Source: Gammaproteobacteria bacterium
GTDB taxonomy: Bacteria > Pseudomonadota > Gammaproteobacteria > JACQPQ01
Length of the DNA: 64,000 nucleotides
Reading direction: 5' to 3'
Assembly: GCA_016207405.1 (NCBI GenBank)
Contig: JACQPQ010000021.1
Location: forward strand, 4,936 to 68,935
Numbering within the stretch: the first letter of the stretch is position 1; each line of letters starts with the position of its first letter. The notes under the pieces were generated by a model, which had not been told where the DNA came from, made no database searches, and worked only from the letters and a program-made list of their open reading frames with translations. Below are positions 1 through 10,090 of this stretch, piece after piece. A program made the translations under genes and the position numbers.

Positions 1-260
1 ACCACTTCGTCATGACACGCGACTGCTCCCCCACTTAAGCCCGTTCTTCCTCCCGATGGAACAAGGGGAATAGAATACTGGTTCGCCATTTTAACCAGCG
101 CTTGAATTTGCTCAATCGACCTTGGAAACACAACGGCTGTTGGCTTAGGTGTATAAACCTTTGTATGGTCCCGTCCGTAAACGGTTAAGGTTTCCAGATC
201 TAACGCTATATCTTCTTTGTCAAATAACTGACTTAGATGTTTTTTGAGGGAACCCCTCAT
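1..260 (-). CDS. FAD-linked oxidase (GlcD/D-lactate dehydrogenase-like), N-terminal part. Partial; continues beyond the window start.
   Basis: The reverse-strand translation from the ATG at 258-260 reads MRGSLKKHLSQLFDKEDIALDLETLTVYGRDHTKVYTPKPTAVVFPRSIEQIQALVKMANQYSIPLVPSGGRTGLSGGAV. This is a PCMH-type FAD-binding domain signature (VxPxS...GGxTGL.GG). The frame stays open to position 1. Confidence 0.6.
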   Translation of the reverse strand, partial: MRGSLKKHLSQLFDKEDIALDLETLTVYGRDHTKVYTPKPTAVVFPRSIEQIQALVKMANQYSIPLVPSGGRTGLSGGAVACHDEV

Positions 261-730
261 GGCCTTCTCTCACCCAACCTTCTTTTTTCATACCGACCCA
301 TTAGTCCGGCTTTCGCTAAAATGTGGTCCTGCATAGCTGCCACCACCTGTTGTTTGGTCGACCGCGGGGCGAGGTGCAAAAGTGCATCTAAGGCATACGC
401 TTTGAAATAATACCGATGCTCTCGGTCAGGAGGACAAGGCCCAAAATACCCCGTTTGCCCATCAGTGCGGATCCCATGTATTCCACGAGGCTCTTCCCCT
501 GCTTTGATTTCTATTAGTGTCGGGGAAAGATTAAACACCACCCAATGATCCCACATGCCATCGGGACGAATTTGTTTGGGAACATCCGGATCTTCCATAA
601 TCAGCGCTAGACTCTTGGCAAGGGGTGGAACTTCCCGAATAAATAGGGGAGGATTGATGTTTTCTCCCTCGCAGGTGTATCGCATTGGAATTCTCTCGCC
701 CTCCCTAAAAGCCGGACTGGTCAGTTGCAT
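257..730 (-). CDS. YbhB/YbcL (PEBP / Raf-kinase-inhibitor-like) family protein
   Basis: The ORF at 257..775 shows PEBP hallmarks (DPDVP...H..W, GY.GP.PP...HRY.F..YALD). I trimmed the start to the internal MQLTSPAF by analogy with E. coli YbhB (158 aa). Its stop overlaps the downstream ATG in an ATGA arrangement. Confidence 0.7.
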   Translation of the reverse strand: MQLTSPAFREGERIPMRYTCEGENINPPLFIREVPPLAKSLALIMEDPDVPKQIRPDGMWDHWVVFNLSPTLIEIKAGEEPRGIHGIRTDGQTGYFGPCPPDREHRYYFKAYALDALLHLAPRSTKQQVVAAMQDHILAKAGLMGRYEKRRLGERRP

Positions 731-745
731 GGTTTGTTTCCTCCT

Positions 746-782
746 ATAAATTGGTGGACCGCTCGCTTTGTCCACCCTACAA
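746..782. repeat. REP-like palindromic element, reverse-complement orientation of the TAGGGTGGACAAAGCGAGCGGTCCACCAATT family
   Basis: The sequence aattggtggaccgctcgctttgtccaccctacaa is the exact reverse complement of the 42702 copy. It lies in the short spacer between two minus-strand genes. Confidence 0.7.
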
Positions 783-785
783 ATC

Positions 786-1871
786 TTATCCCTTACCCCT
801 TTTTAACAAAATCGTTCCGAGCGCCTTGTGAAGTCTCCTGATGATCTTGTCTGTCATTACCCAATCGATGCAAGGATCGGTAATAGATACCCCATACTGC
901 AACCCTTCTCTTCCTTTTTTAGGGTCAAGACTCTGTTTACCCCAATTGAGATTACTCTCTAACATCAAAGCAACTATAGAACGATTGCCACCTAAGATCT
1001 GTTGAATAACGGCGTTTACTCCATTGACTTGTTTTGCTGGATCTTTGGCAGAATTTCCATGGCTACAATCTACCATAATGTTGGGGGTGAACCCCGCTTT
1101 TATCAAAGCATCCTCACAAGCAACGATACTCCCCACATCATAATTAGGACCCGTGTGCCCTCCTCGCAATACTAAATGGGTATAAGGGTTGCCTTTGGTT
1201 CGGACAACCGCAACCTTGCCTTCGGGATTCACACTTAAAAAATGACTCGGATATTTTGCAGAGCGCATCGCATGGAGTGCAACCTGCCAGTTGCCATCCG
1301 TTCTATTTTTGAACCCAACAGCCGAGGAAAACCCACTCGCCATTCTTCGATGGGTTTGAGATTCCACTGTTCTTGCCCCTATGGCCGTCCATGAAAAAAG
1401 ATCTTGAATATACTGGGGTGAAATGAGATCCAAAGCCTCCCCAGAGGCCGCTACTCCCATTTCAGCCAAAGAGAGTAACAACTGGCGAGCCAAGCTAAGA
1501 CCTTCTTCAATTTGGTAGGTTCCATCCAAAAAAGGGTCCACGATTAAACCCTGCCAACCCATTTCCGTTCTTGGTTTTTCAAAGTAAACGCGCATCACCA
1601 AAAACAGAGTGTCTCCTACCGCTTTGGCAAGCACTTTAAGTTTTTCGGCATACTCGCGTGCTGCCCGGATGTCATGAATAGAACAAGGCCCTACCACCAC
1701 AAATAAACGAGGATCTTTTCTATCTAAAATGTCTTTAATGACGTTCTGCCCTTTGGCAACCGTTCTGACGGCCTCTAATGTCATCGGCAATTGCTGCTTT
1801 AAAGCCTTGGGCGTGATGATCCGGTCTTCAGAAAAAACGTGAATATTTTCGATGTCGGATAAGCAAGTCAT
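786..1871 (-). CDS. 3-deoxy-7-phosphoheptulonate (DAHP) synthase, class I alpha (AroF/G/H type)
   Basis: It contains [13 protein letters not shown] and a long alignment to AroG (KPRT...GWKGL, xDCSHGNS). I trimmed the ORF to [11 protein letters not shown], which aligns with the AroG N-terminus. The longer track ORF (to 2024) would overlap the divergent guaA. Confidence 0.85.
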   Translation of the reverse strand: MTCLSDIENIHVFSEDRIITPKALKQQLPMTLEAVRTVAKGQNVIKDILDRKDPRLFVVVGPCSIHDIRAAREYAEKLKVLAKAVGDTLFLVMRVYFEKPRTEMGWQGLIVDPFLDGTYQIEEGLSLARQLLLSLAEMGVAASGEALDLISPQYIQDLFSWTAIGARTVESQTHRRMASGFSSAVGFKNRTDGNWQVALHAMRSAKYPSHFLSVNPEGKVAVVRTKGNPYTHLVLRGGHTGPNYDVGSIVACEDALIKAGFTPNIMVDCSHGNSAKDPAKQVNGVNAVIQQILGGNRSIVALMLESNLNWGKQSLDPKKGREGLQYGVSITDPCIDWVMTDKIIRRLHKALGTILLKRGKG

Positions 1872-1951
1872 GGGAGTGTGATTATAAAGGAGGCGGTAAT
1901 CGGGTACAAAAGCTTCTTGTTGCAAAAGGTGAAACTGCACTACAATTCGGC

Positions 1952-3541
1952 ATGCTAGAAGACATTCATCATGGCCGTATTCTAATTTTAGATTTTGGGT
2001 CCCAAACCACTCAGCTGATCGCACGGCGCATTCGCGAAAGCCATGTTTACTCAGAAATCCATCCTTATGATATGTCAGAGACGGCCATTCGCGCTTTTAA
2101 CCCCAAAGGCATTATTTTGTCGGGAGGGCCTGAAAGTCTTACGCGCGAGACAGCGCCTCGCCCTTCACGGGTTATTTACGAACTGGGATGTCCTATTCTA
2201 GGCATCTGTTATGGGTTACAACTTCTGGCTGATCAACTGGGAGGAGCTGTCCAAAGCATACAACACCGCCGCGAGTTTGGGCTCGCAAAACTTACCCTGT
2301 GTACAGAATCAGAGTTATGGCGTTTTCTCTTCTCACCCTCCTCTAAAGGATCTCACCCCCTCACCGTATGGATGAGCCATGGTGACCAGATCTCAGAACT
2401 TCCTCCGGGCTTTCAAGTTATTGCGGGTACACAGAATGCGCCCTATGCTGCGATTGCTGAACCCAGTCGTCATTATTATGGCTTACAGTTTCACCCAGAA
2501 GTCACCCATACGGAGCATGGCACAGACATTATCCGACACTTCGTTCAAACCATTTGCCAATGCCAAGCCCTATGGACGCCCCAGCACATTATTCAAATGA
2601 TGAAGCAAGACATTCGTCATAAAGTCGGAAAAGAAGGCGTGATCTTAGGTTTATCGGGTGGAGTGGATTCAGCGGTTACAGCCGCCTTGCTCCATGCCGC
2701 ACTCGACCAAAATAAACACCTGCAACTCACCTGTATTTTTGTCGACAATGGTTTACTCCGTGCCGAGGAAGCTGAAGAAGTGATGGAGCGATTGGCAAGA
2801 GAGCACCCCATTCGCATTGTCAGAGTGAATGCTCACAAACGATTTCTCTCAGCCTTAAAAGGGGTAGTGGAACCAGAAATAAAACGCAAAATTATTGGAA
2901 AAATATTTTATGACGTCTTTGAAGAAGAAGCAGCCAAACATAAAGATGTCCAGTGGCTTGCACAAGGAACCATCTACCCGGACGTCATTGAATCGGCTTC
3001 TGCAAAAACAAAAAAAGCGCATGTCATTAAAACCCATCACAATGTAGGGGGCTTGCCTAAAACCATTCGGTTGAAACTCCTCGAACCCTTACGGGAACTC
3101 TTTAAAGATGAGGTTAGAAAAATCGGATTGGAACTCGGCCTTCCAAAAAGCCTCGTGTATCGTCATCCCTTTCCAGGCCCTGGGCTTGCTGTCCGTATTC
3201 TGGGGGAAATCGATGAGGAGGCCTGTAAACGTCTTCGAAAAGCAGACGCTATCTTTATAGAAGAACTCAAGAAAGCTAATCTTTACGATACTGTTAGCCA
3301 AGCATTCGCTGTACTCTTGCCTGTCAAATCAGTCGCCGTTATGGGGGATGCGCGGGTTTATGAACCCGTCCTCGCACTTCGAGCAGTAACCACTTCGGAC
3401 TTTATGACGGCAGCTTTCGCCAAACTACCCTATGCGTTTTTAGAACACGTCGCCAATCGCATTACGAATGAAGTCGAAGGGATTAGCCGAGTCGTTTATG
3501 ACATTTCGAGTAAGCCTCCAGCGACGATTGAGTGGGAATGA
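1952..3541 (+). CDS. guaA: GMP synthase (glutamine-hydrolysing)
   Basis: It has an N-terminal GATase (ILILDFGSQ...CYG.Q), an ATP-PPase SGGVDS motif, and the C-terminal dimerisation region ending IEWE. Confidence 0.95.
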   Translation: MLEDIHHGRILILDFGSQTTQLIARRIRESHVYSEIHPYDMSETAIRAFNPKGIILSGGPESLTRETAPRPSRVIYELGCPILGICYGLQLLADQLGGAVQSIQHRREFGLAKLTLCTESELWRFLFSPSSKGSHPLTVWMSHGDQISELPPGFQVIAGTQNAPYAAIAEPSRHYYGLQFHPEVTHTEHGTDIIRHFVQTICQCQALWTPQHIIQMMKQDIRHKVGKEGVILGLSGGVDSAVTAALLHAALDQNKHLQLTCIFVDNGLLRAEEAEEVMERLAREHPIRIVRVNAHKRFLSALKGVVEPEIKRKIIGKIFYDVFEEEAAKHKDVQWLAQGTIYPDVIESASAKTKKAHVIKTHHNVGGLPKTIRLKLLEPLRELFKDEVRKIGLELGLPKSLVYRHPFPGPGLAVRILGEIDEEACKRLRKADAIFIEELKKANLYDTVSQAFAVLLPVKSVAVMGDARVYEPVLALRAVTTSDFMTAAFAKLPYAFLEHVANRITNEVEGISRVVYDISSKPPATIEWE

Positions 3542-4132
<591 letters not shown>

Positions 4133-4320
4133 CGAATCAGCGGGAACTGCTGTCCGAAATTCAAAATGATTGTTATCTTTTTCAAAACATGATAAAACGT
4201 TTGAGTGTTTTTGGAAAAAGGTTAGAATCCAAAAACAGTGGCTAGCAGAAGGCAGCAAAAGGTATGTCGTAAAGCCTTGTTGCTAGTGGGTCTTTAGATT
4301 AAAAAATTAAGGGAGCAACA

Positions 4321-5586
4321 ATGAACCAAAATCTAAAACGAGTGGCAATCAGCCTGGTTGCCTCTGCCTTTGCTTTATCAGTTAGTGCATTTGCAGATGG
4401 CGAGCCAGGCGATAATAAAGGTCCCAATGCGGTACAAAAGGGAACGGATAAACTGTGGTTAAAGTTATCGGGTCAAGTCAACCGTGCGGTTTTATATGCA
4501 CAGACGGACACTACCGCGTCAACCGGAAATAATCATACGGACCAAGAAGTATTTCATGTGGATAATAGTGCTGCTTCTACACGAATCACTCTTGATGCAG
4601 GTAAATCTATCAACGATGACTTAAGTCTAGGTGCGACTTTGCAATTCCAAGTACAAGCGAACCCAAGTGACGGTGTCAACTTTGGTTTAGGAAAAGAGGC
4701 CTCAAAAGAAAGTGATTCTGAGGCGTCCTTCAAACAGAGACTTGCCGACATTTACTTAAAGAGCCACAAATGGGGAACTGCATCCATGGGTAGAGGTTGG
4801 ATGGCTGCAGCACTTACCACCTCTGTCGATCTTTCTGACACAGATATCGTTCTCTATTCAGGTGTTGGGGATATTGCGGGTGGCTTGGTGTTTGGAAAAT
4901 CAGTCGCCACTGCAACCGGAGGAGCCGCGGGAACCAAAGTAAGCCAGGCATTTTCCACGCTCGAAGCTTTTGCTAGGAAATCTCGCCTGCGCTATGACTC
5001 GCCTGTATGGAGAGGGTTCCAAGCTTCTGCTTCTTTAGCCGAGTTTGGAGACTGGGACAAGGAAGACCACAGTGATGCGGCACTTCGATATGCGGAAGAA
5101 CTGAACGGCGTTAAAGTAGCGGCAGCAGTAGGGTATGGCCGTGATAATGACAATAGCAATGTCTATGATTTTCATACTTTGACGGGTTCCGCTTCTGCGC
5201 TGCTTCCCAATGGCTGGAATTTCACAGTAGCCGGGGCTAAGAAAAGCCCCAGCAATACTTCCGGAACTAACCATAACCAAACTTTTTGGTATGGAAAGGT
5301 CGGATATATCTTCAATCCATTCCCATTTGGTAAAACTGCTCTTGCGGTAGACTACGGTAAGAATGACGACGTAGATGGTACGGTTACGGTTACTGGAAAT
5401 GTTGGTCGAAAAGGCAACGAATCTAAAGCCTGGGGCGCTGCGGTGGTCCAACACTTTGCTTCCCTTGCAACGGAAGGGTATTTGGCATTCCGAAACTATG
5501 ACCACGATCCCGACAAGACAGGGCGAGCTTCTGCTAAAGCCGAAGACATTCAAATCGTGATGCTCGGCGCACGTGTTAAGTTCTAA
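4321..5586 (+). CDS. Outer-membrane beta-barrel protein (porin-like)
   Basis: It has a signal peptide (MNQNLKRVAISLVASAFALSVSAFA), Gly/Ser/Thr/Asp-rich alternating segments, and a C-terminal ...GARVKF with terminal Phe, which is the OMP signature. A strong SD (aagggag) precedes the ATG. Confidence 0.55.
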   Translation: MNQNLKRVAISLVASAFALSVSAFADGEPGDNKGPNAVQKGTDKLWLKLSGQVNRAVLYAQTDTTASTGNNHTDQEVFHVDNSAASTRITLDAGKSINDDLSLGATLQFQVQANPSDGVNFGLGKEASKESDSEASFKQRLADIYLKSHKWGTASMGRGWMAAALTTSVDLSDTDIVLYSGVGDIAGGLVFGKSVATATGGAAGTKVSQAFSTLEAFARKSRLRYDSPVWRGFQASASLAEFGDWDKEDHSDAALRYAEELNGVKVAAAVGYGRDNDNSNVYDFHTLTGSASALLPNGWNFTVAGAKKSPSNTSGTNHNQTFWYGKVGYIFNPFPFGKTALAVDYGKNDDVDGTVTVTGNVGRKGNESKAWGAAVVQHFASLATEGYLAFRNYDHDPDKTGRASAKAEDIQIVMLGARVKF

Positions 5587-5606
5587 TCATTGTAATCGTT
5601 TTTCCC

Positions 5607-5650
5607 GTCGTTGCGGCCTGTGCTTCGCAAGGCTCGCAACGACGATTTTT
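5607..5650 (+). terminator. Intrinsic terminator after the porin gene
   Basis: The stem cgtcgttgcg pairs with cgcaacgacg (10 bp), and the 19-nt loop itself contains an inner stem gcct...aggc. An attttt run follows. Confidence 0.6.
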
Positions 5651-5651
5651 A

Positions 5652-5672
5652 TGTAGGGTGCGCTTGCGCACC
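5652..5672. repeat. REP-like variant palindrome TAGGGTGCGCTTGCGCACC
   Basis: It is a perfect palindrome GGTGCGC-TTGC-GCGCACC preceded by TAG. The same motif recurs in both orientations at 56226..56288. Confidence 0.5.
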
Positions 5673-5692
5673 GTTCTTAAAATGAGGTAGTT

Positions 5693-5872
5693 ATGAAAAA
5701 ACACCGCACAGTCCTTGTTTTAATCGGCACGCTTTTTGCGGTTGCCCTGTACACGTCTTCCTGCGCGAATGTAGAGCGCAAATCTTTTACACCTCGTTCA
5801 CATGATGACTTGCCAGCAGGTAAGGGGCTTTTTACAGGTGAAGACGGGGAAGTTTTAATTTATTCGAAATAA
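5693..5872 (+). CDS. Small putative lipoprotein (59 aa)
   Basis: The ATG is preceded by an SD (aatgaggtagtt). The product begins MKKHRTVLVLIGTLFAVALYTSSC (signal plus candidate lipobox Cys) followed by a short polar tail. It is below the 60-aa ORF-track cutoff. Its 3' end overlaps convergent pilT by 18 bp. Confidence 0.35.
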   Translation: MKKHRTVLVLIGTLFAVALYTSSCANVERKSFTPRSHDDLPAGKGLFTGEDGEVLIYSK

Positions 5873-6898
5873 TTCTTTCTGCACTGCTATTGTACGTGCC
5901 TCATCGATACGAATAACTCCCTTACGAACAAGAGGAACGAGTGCCTGATCGAGCGTTTGCATTCCAATGCCTGCAGAGGTTTGAATAACCGAATACATCT
6001 GGGCGACTTTATCTTCTCGGATAAGATTACGAATCGCAGGGGTAGCGAGCAGAATTTCAAACACGGCCACGCGTCCTCCGCCTACTTTTTTCAATAACGT
6101 TTGTGCAATAACAGCCTGCAGAGCTTCTGACAGCATGGACCGAACCATATTTTTCTCTCCTGCTGGAAATACATCAATAATTCGGTCTACGGTTTTTGCA
6201 GCCGAGCTCGTATGCAAAGTCGCAAAAACTAAGTGCCCGGTTTCTGCTGCGGTGAGTGCAAGACGAATGGTTTCCAAGTCTCGCATTTCCCCAACCAGAA
6301 TAATGTCCGGATTTTCTCTAAGCGCTACTCTGAGGGCAGAAGAAAAATCGGGAACGTCTCTTAAAACTTCTCTTTGGTGGACGAGCGACAGTTTGCACTC
6401 ATGAATAAATTCTATGGGGTCCTCAACGGTCAGAATATGAAGATTCTTATGCTGATTGATATAGTCAATCATGCTGGCAAGCGTTGTGCTTTTCCCTGAA
6501 CCTGTGGGCCCTGTCACCAACACAAGACCATTTGGTTTGTTCACAATGTCGAGAAAGCATTTAGGAGCGCCTAACGCTTCAAAGGATAACATTTCAGAAG
6601 GTAGAGCCCGGAATGCTGCTCCAATGCCCCGAGCATGTCGAAACACGTTGATCCGAAACCGCGCCATGCGCTGAAGGCCGAACGCAAAATCCACTTGGGA
6701 TGCTTGCTTCAATCTTTCTTTCTCTCCTTCATTCATGATCGCATTCAACATCTTCTCGATTTCCCCGCTCGTTAAGTTCCCACCATCCATTTTTCGAATA
6801 TCGCCATCTACGCGGAGTAAAGGTGGAAGCCCTGCGGATAAAAATAGATCAGACGCTTTATTTTGAATGGTTGAAGAGAGTAAGTCTGTAAGTTCCAT
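5855..6898 (-). CDS. pilT: Type IV pilus retraction ATPase PilT
   Basis: It has the Walker A GPTGSGKST, PilT-specific motifs (AHLVFATLHT, GMQTLDQAL) and a length of 347 aa. Confidence 0.9.
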   Translation of the reverse strand: MELTDLLSSTIQNKASDLFLSAGLPPLLRVDGDIRKMDGGNLTSGEIEKMLNAIMNEGEKERLKQASQVDFAFGLQRMARFRINVFRHARGIGAAFRALPSEMLSFEALGAPKCFLDIVNKPNGLVLVTGPTGSGKSTTLASMIDYINQHKNLHILTVEDPIEFIHECKLSLVHQREVLRDVPDFSSALRVALRENPDIILVGEMRDLETIRLALTAAETGHLVFATLHTSSAAKTVDRIIDVFPAGEKNMVRSMLSEALQAVIAQTLLKKVGGGRVAVFEILLATPAIRNLIREDKVAQMYSVIQTSAGIGMQTLDQALVPLVRKGVIRIDEARTIAVQKELFRIN

Positions 6899-7263
6899 AT
6901 TCAGTTATCCTTATTTTTAAAAGAAAACAACGGTTCAGCACATTTTAAAAACCAGGAACTGTCATCCCGGGCAAGCGCCTTTTCATAATGCAAGTTTCAG
7001 AGAAAATCTTGCAAGGCGCGCGACCCGGGATCCAGAATTGAGATCTACAATCTGGATTGTATCTTGCAAATATAGACCTATTAAAAATAACTATACTGAA
7101 TAGGGCTATAGGAAGTAAGGAATGGATCCTGAGTCTGGATAGGTCTAATAAGACCGTCGGGATCATAGGACCATTCCTTCATGGCCTTAACGCGAACGGT
7201 AGAAAGGTCTAAAAGGCCGAATGTACAATCCAGCGTCTATGCCTTAAGAAGAGGATAACACAA

Positions 7264-7395
7264 ATGACAAACCTTACTAAATTTGATATGTATTGGGGAA
7301 TTGATATTTCAAAACAATGGCTTGATATTGCAGAGGGAGGAAAAGTAGTTCGACTTCAGCAAGATGAAGAGGCGATCCGACGATTTATCTTGTAA
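7264..7395 (+). pseudogene. IS110/IS1111-family transposase N-terminal remnant (43 codons then stop)
   Basis: The translation is MTNLTKFDMYWGIDISKQWLDIAEGGKVVRLQQDEEAIRRFIL*. GIDISK...LDIA is the characteristic N-terminal DEDD motif of IS110-family transposases. The rest of the gene is absent. Palindromic sequences lie just upstream (6960..7080). Confidence 0.5.
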
Positions 7396-7926
7396 AACCA
7401 TTCAGAAATTTCTGCTGATTCGCCACCCTGTGGCTTGACCCATAGGGAACTGCACAAATAGAGACATTTAGTTTTTAATGTGAAATTTTCTAATCGTTCA
7501 TCTATTCCTCCTGAGTAACAAAAAACTCATTGTTGCTTCGCCGCGTTTCGCACGACTTGCAACGACGGAGAGGAAGGGGTAGGTGAACGCGGGGGATTTT
7601 CAAAGAATTAAAAAATAAGTATTATTTCAATCAAGTAAAAGCCATCCAATATGTTGTTGAATGGCCTAACCAACAAGATTTCAGCGCAGATACTTTGTAC
7701 CTATGTTCAAAAAGTAAACCTCGGCGGAAACAATCTCCCCAAAGGTCGCGGGAAAATAAGAAAGTGTAGCTTTTGTAGCCGACAGGGAGCGAAGCTGTCG
7801 AGTTTCGTTTTGTCGGATTTAAGCGCTTACGCTTGAATTCGACCTACAATACTGGCAGCAAATATTCTACGCGTAATTTGATGGTCTGCGGACAAAACGG
7901 TTTTTGGTAAAAGTGACAGGGTTGGT

Positions 7927-8307
7927 ATGACAAGAGACAAACTTTCTGGATTTAGTTTGCTTGAAATGGTCATTGCTCTTTTTGTTGTGGGATTGGGTGT
8001 AGTGGGATTGCTGACGCTTCTTCTTCAAGGAATGGTTTTGATCTCGGATGTGGAATTGCGAGATAAAGCAGTCATACTCGCGCATCGAACGGTGGAAGAA
8101 CTGAAGAGCGATCCCCTCAATGGTCATGGGGTTATCGAGAAGGCGCGAGAAGAACTCGCGAAACTTTCCTTTCCAACAGGGAGTACTTTAGATGTCAGGT
8201 GGGATGAGCCGCACGTCCTAAAAATCACACGACAATCTAAACAGTCTTCTGAAGATTCAGATAAGGTACATGAAGACATTTACTATCAAATTCACTTCAG
8301 CCTGTAG
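7927..8307 (+). CDS. Type IV minor pilin (FimT/PilV-like, prepilin N-terminal methylation domain)
   Basis: It has the GFSLLEMVIALFVVGLGVVGL class III signal with conserved Glu+5. Confidence 0.65.
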   Translation: MTRDKLSGFSLLEMVIALFVVGLGVVGLLTLLLQGMVLISDVELRDKAVILAHRTVEELKSDPLNGHGVIEKAREELAKLSFPTGSTLDVRWDEPHVLKITRQSKQSSEDSDKVHEDIYYQIHFSL

Positions 8308-9241
8308 CCCTAAACGAGGCTATACCCTTCTTGAATTTGTTATAGTGTTAGCACTCGGTTCCTTCATATTATTGTCGCTTACGAAGTTGCTGACCAAAGG
8401 GCATCGTATTTTTGTGAATCAAGAAGAGCGAGCCATTCGAGAAGAAAAAATCCGCGCTGCTTTTTCCGTTTTAAGGGAAGAGCTACAGAATGTGGGGTAC
8501 TTAGGATGTGCCTCCCGTGAAAATGCCAAGCACTTAGTCAATCACTTAAAACCTTCCTTGGGCTTTGACCCTAAGCACTTGTTGAAGGTTGTCCAAGGAG
8601 AGAGCGGGGCGTCCGATACTTTAGAAGTGCGAAGAGCGCTCGAAGCGAGTTCTACAGACGTGATCGTGCCTGTAGAGCAAAGGGATCCGCATTTTTGGGT
8701 AGATAATGTCAACCCTGGATTTTTACAAATCGATCGTTTTGACGTGGTGGGGATCAGTAATTGTGAGCAAGCAGAAATTTTTCTTGCCCAAAAGGAGGGT
8801 TTTGCTCATAACGTTATTTATTATGCACAAATACCTGCTCCAGATGAGGACTTTGTTCCAAAAAACTATCGGGGCCTCCAAAATAAGTCCACTCATTTGT
8901 CTAATGCTTGGGATAGAGGAATGGTTCCAAAAATTTTTAAAATGCATACGGCGCATTATTCCATTGATGGAAGAAGTTTGCTTCAAAATGGCCAGGAATT
9001 GATTTCCGGTGTTACCAACTTTCAAATTCAGTTGGGAGTAAATGAGAAGTGTGATGGAAGCGTAGGGCTGTATGTTGAGCCTCCACTATCCAAATTTTTG
9101 GAAGCGTTCGATTTTTCCAAAGTAGTTGCCATCCGTCTTCAGTTAACTTTTCAAGGAAAAGACTCAGCACCCGTTACTGTGACCGATACCGTCCAATTAA
9201 GGAATTCGAAATGCGGGCCTTTATCTATCGATACTGGTTGA
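8270..9241 (+). CDS. Type IV minor pilin PilW-like
   Basis: It has a GYTLLEFVIVLALGSFILL prepilin motif and size (323 aa) and position (after a PilV-like gene) typical of PilW. The leader is somewhat long (17 aa). Confidence 0.5.
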   Translation: MKTFTIKFTSACSPKRGYTLLEFVIVLALGSFILLSLTKLLTKGHRIFVNQEERAIREEKIRAAFSVLREELQNVGYLGCASRENAKHLVNHLKPSLGFDPKHLLKVVQGESGASDTLEVRRALEASSTDVIVPVEQRDPHFWVDNVNPGFLQIDRFDVVGISNCEQAEIFLAQKEGFAHNVIYYAQIPAPDEDFVPKNYRGLQNKSTHLSNAWDRGMVPKIFKMHTAHYSIDGRSLLQNGQELISGVTNFQIQLGVNEKCDGSVGLYVEPPLSKFLEAFDFSKVVAIRLQLTFQGKDSAPVTVTDTVQLRNSKCGPLSIDTG

Positions 9242-10070
9242 TGGCATTGCGAAGCTTTTCCGTTTCGCGGCGAGCGGCTTCTGCGAAGTTGGCGCCCTTT
9301 GCGGCGAAGATAATGTTGCGTGAGGAGTTGATGATAATGCCCTGACTGCGGCTATCTTTGCCGGCAGAGACAGTCTTCTCCAGATCACCGCCTTGTGCAC
9401 CAATGCCAGGAATAAGAATCGGCATATCGTCGACGAGTTTTCGGACTTCGCGGAGTTCTTCGGGAACCGTTGCGCCGACGACGAGCGCGCAGTTGCTATT
9501 CTTGTTCCACTTACTTGCGACGTGGCGAGCAATAAAGCGATAAAGCGGTTCGCTGTTTACGAGTAAGTCCTGAAACTCCCCTGCGCCTCTATTAGATGTG
9601 CGGCAGAGAACAATGATGCCTTTGTCCGCTCGTGCGAGAAATGGCTGCAGCGCTTCGGCTCCCAGATAGGGATGGACGGTGATCGCATCGGCTTGCAAAA
9701 AATCAAACGCCGCATTCACATATCCCGCGTTGGTATTGCCGATGTCTGCACGCTTGGCGTCGAGGATGACCGGGACGTCGGGAGCTCTGAGATGGATATC
9801 CAGGATGGTTCTGTGTAGAGCCCGAATGCCTTCATCACCATGCGCCTCATAAAATGCAATGTTTGGTTTGTACGCACACACCAGGTCCTGGGTTGCTTCT
9901 ACAATCGCCCTATTGAACGCGATGAGCGTACTCTCGACATTTCCCTTAGACTTTGCGTTTCGGCGTATGGATTCTGGGATCTTGCTGAACTCACTGTCGA
10001 GTCCAACTGAAACAAAGTTGCCGCGAGACCATTGAGCCTCCAGCATTTGTCGAAAATTTTGGTTTCGCAT
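9225..10070 (-). CDS. pyrF: Orotidine 5'-phosphate decarboxylase (type 2)
   Basis: It contains VPVILDAKRADIGNTNAGY (DxKRxDIxxT) at a length of 281 aa. It converges on and overlaps the pilW-like 3' end by 17 bp. Confidence 0.8.
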   Translation of the reverse strand: MRNQNFRQMLEAQWSRGNFVSVGLDSEFSKIPESIRRNAKSKGNVESTLIAFNRAIVEATQDLVCAYKPNIAFYEAHGDEGIRALHRTILDIHLRAPDVPVILDAKRADIGNTNAGYVNAAFDFLQADAITVHPYLGAEALQPFLARADKGIIVLCRTSNRGAGEFQDLLVNSEPLYRFIARHVASKWNKNSNCALVVGATVPEELREVRKLVDDMPILIPGIGAQGGDLEKTVSAGKDSRSQGIIINSSRNIIFAAKGANFAEAARRETEKLRNAINQYR

Positions 10071-10090
10071 GAAAGTTCCCTCCTTAGCCC

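Noticed and set aside
1872-2024. Upstream 51 codons of track ORF 786..2024
   Set aside because: They would overlap divergent guaA. The AroG alignment begins at MTCLSD (1871).
6945-7166. 73-aa minus-strand ORF
   Set aside because: It lies in palindrome-rich non-coding DNA beside the IS remnant. There is no SD and no homology.
8706-9025. Overlapping 98- and 100-aa ORFs inside the pilW-like gene
   Set aside because: They are alternative frames of a better-supported CDS.
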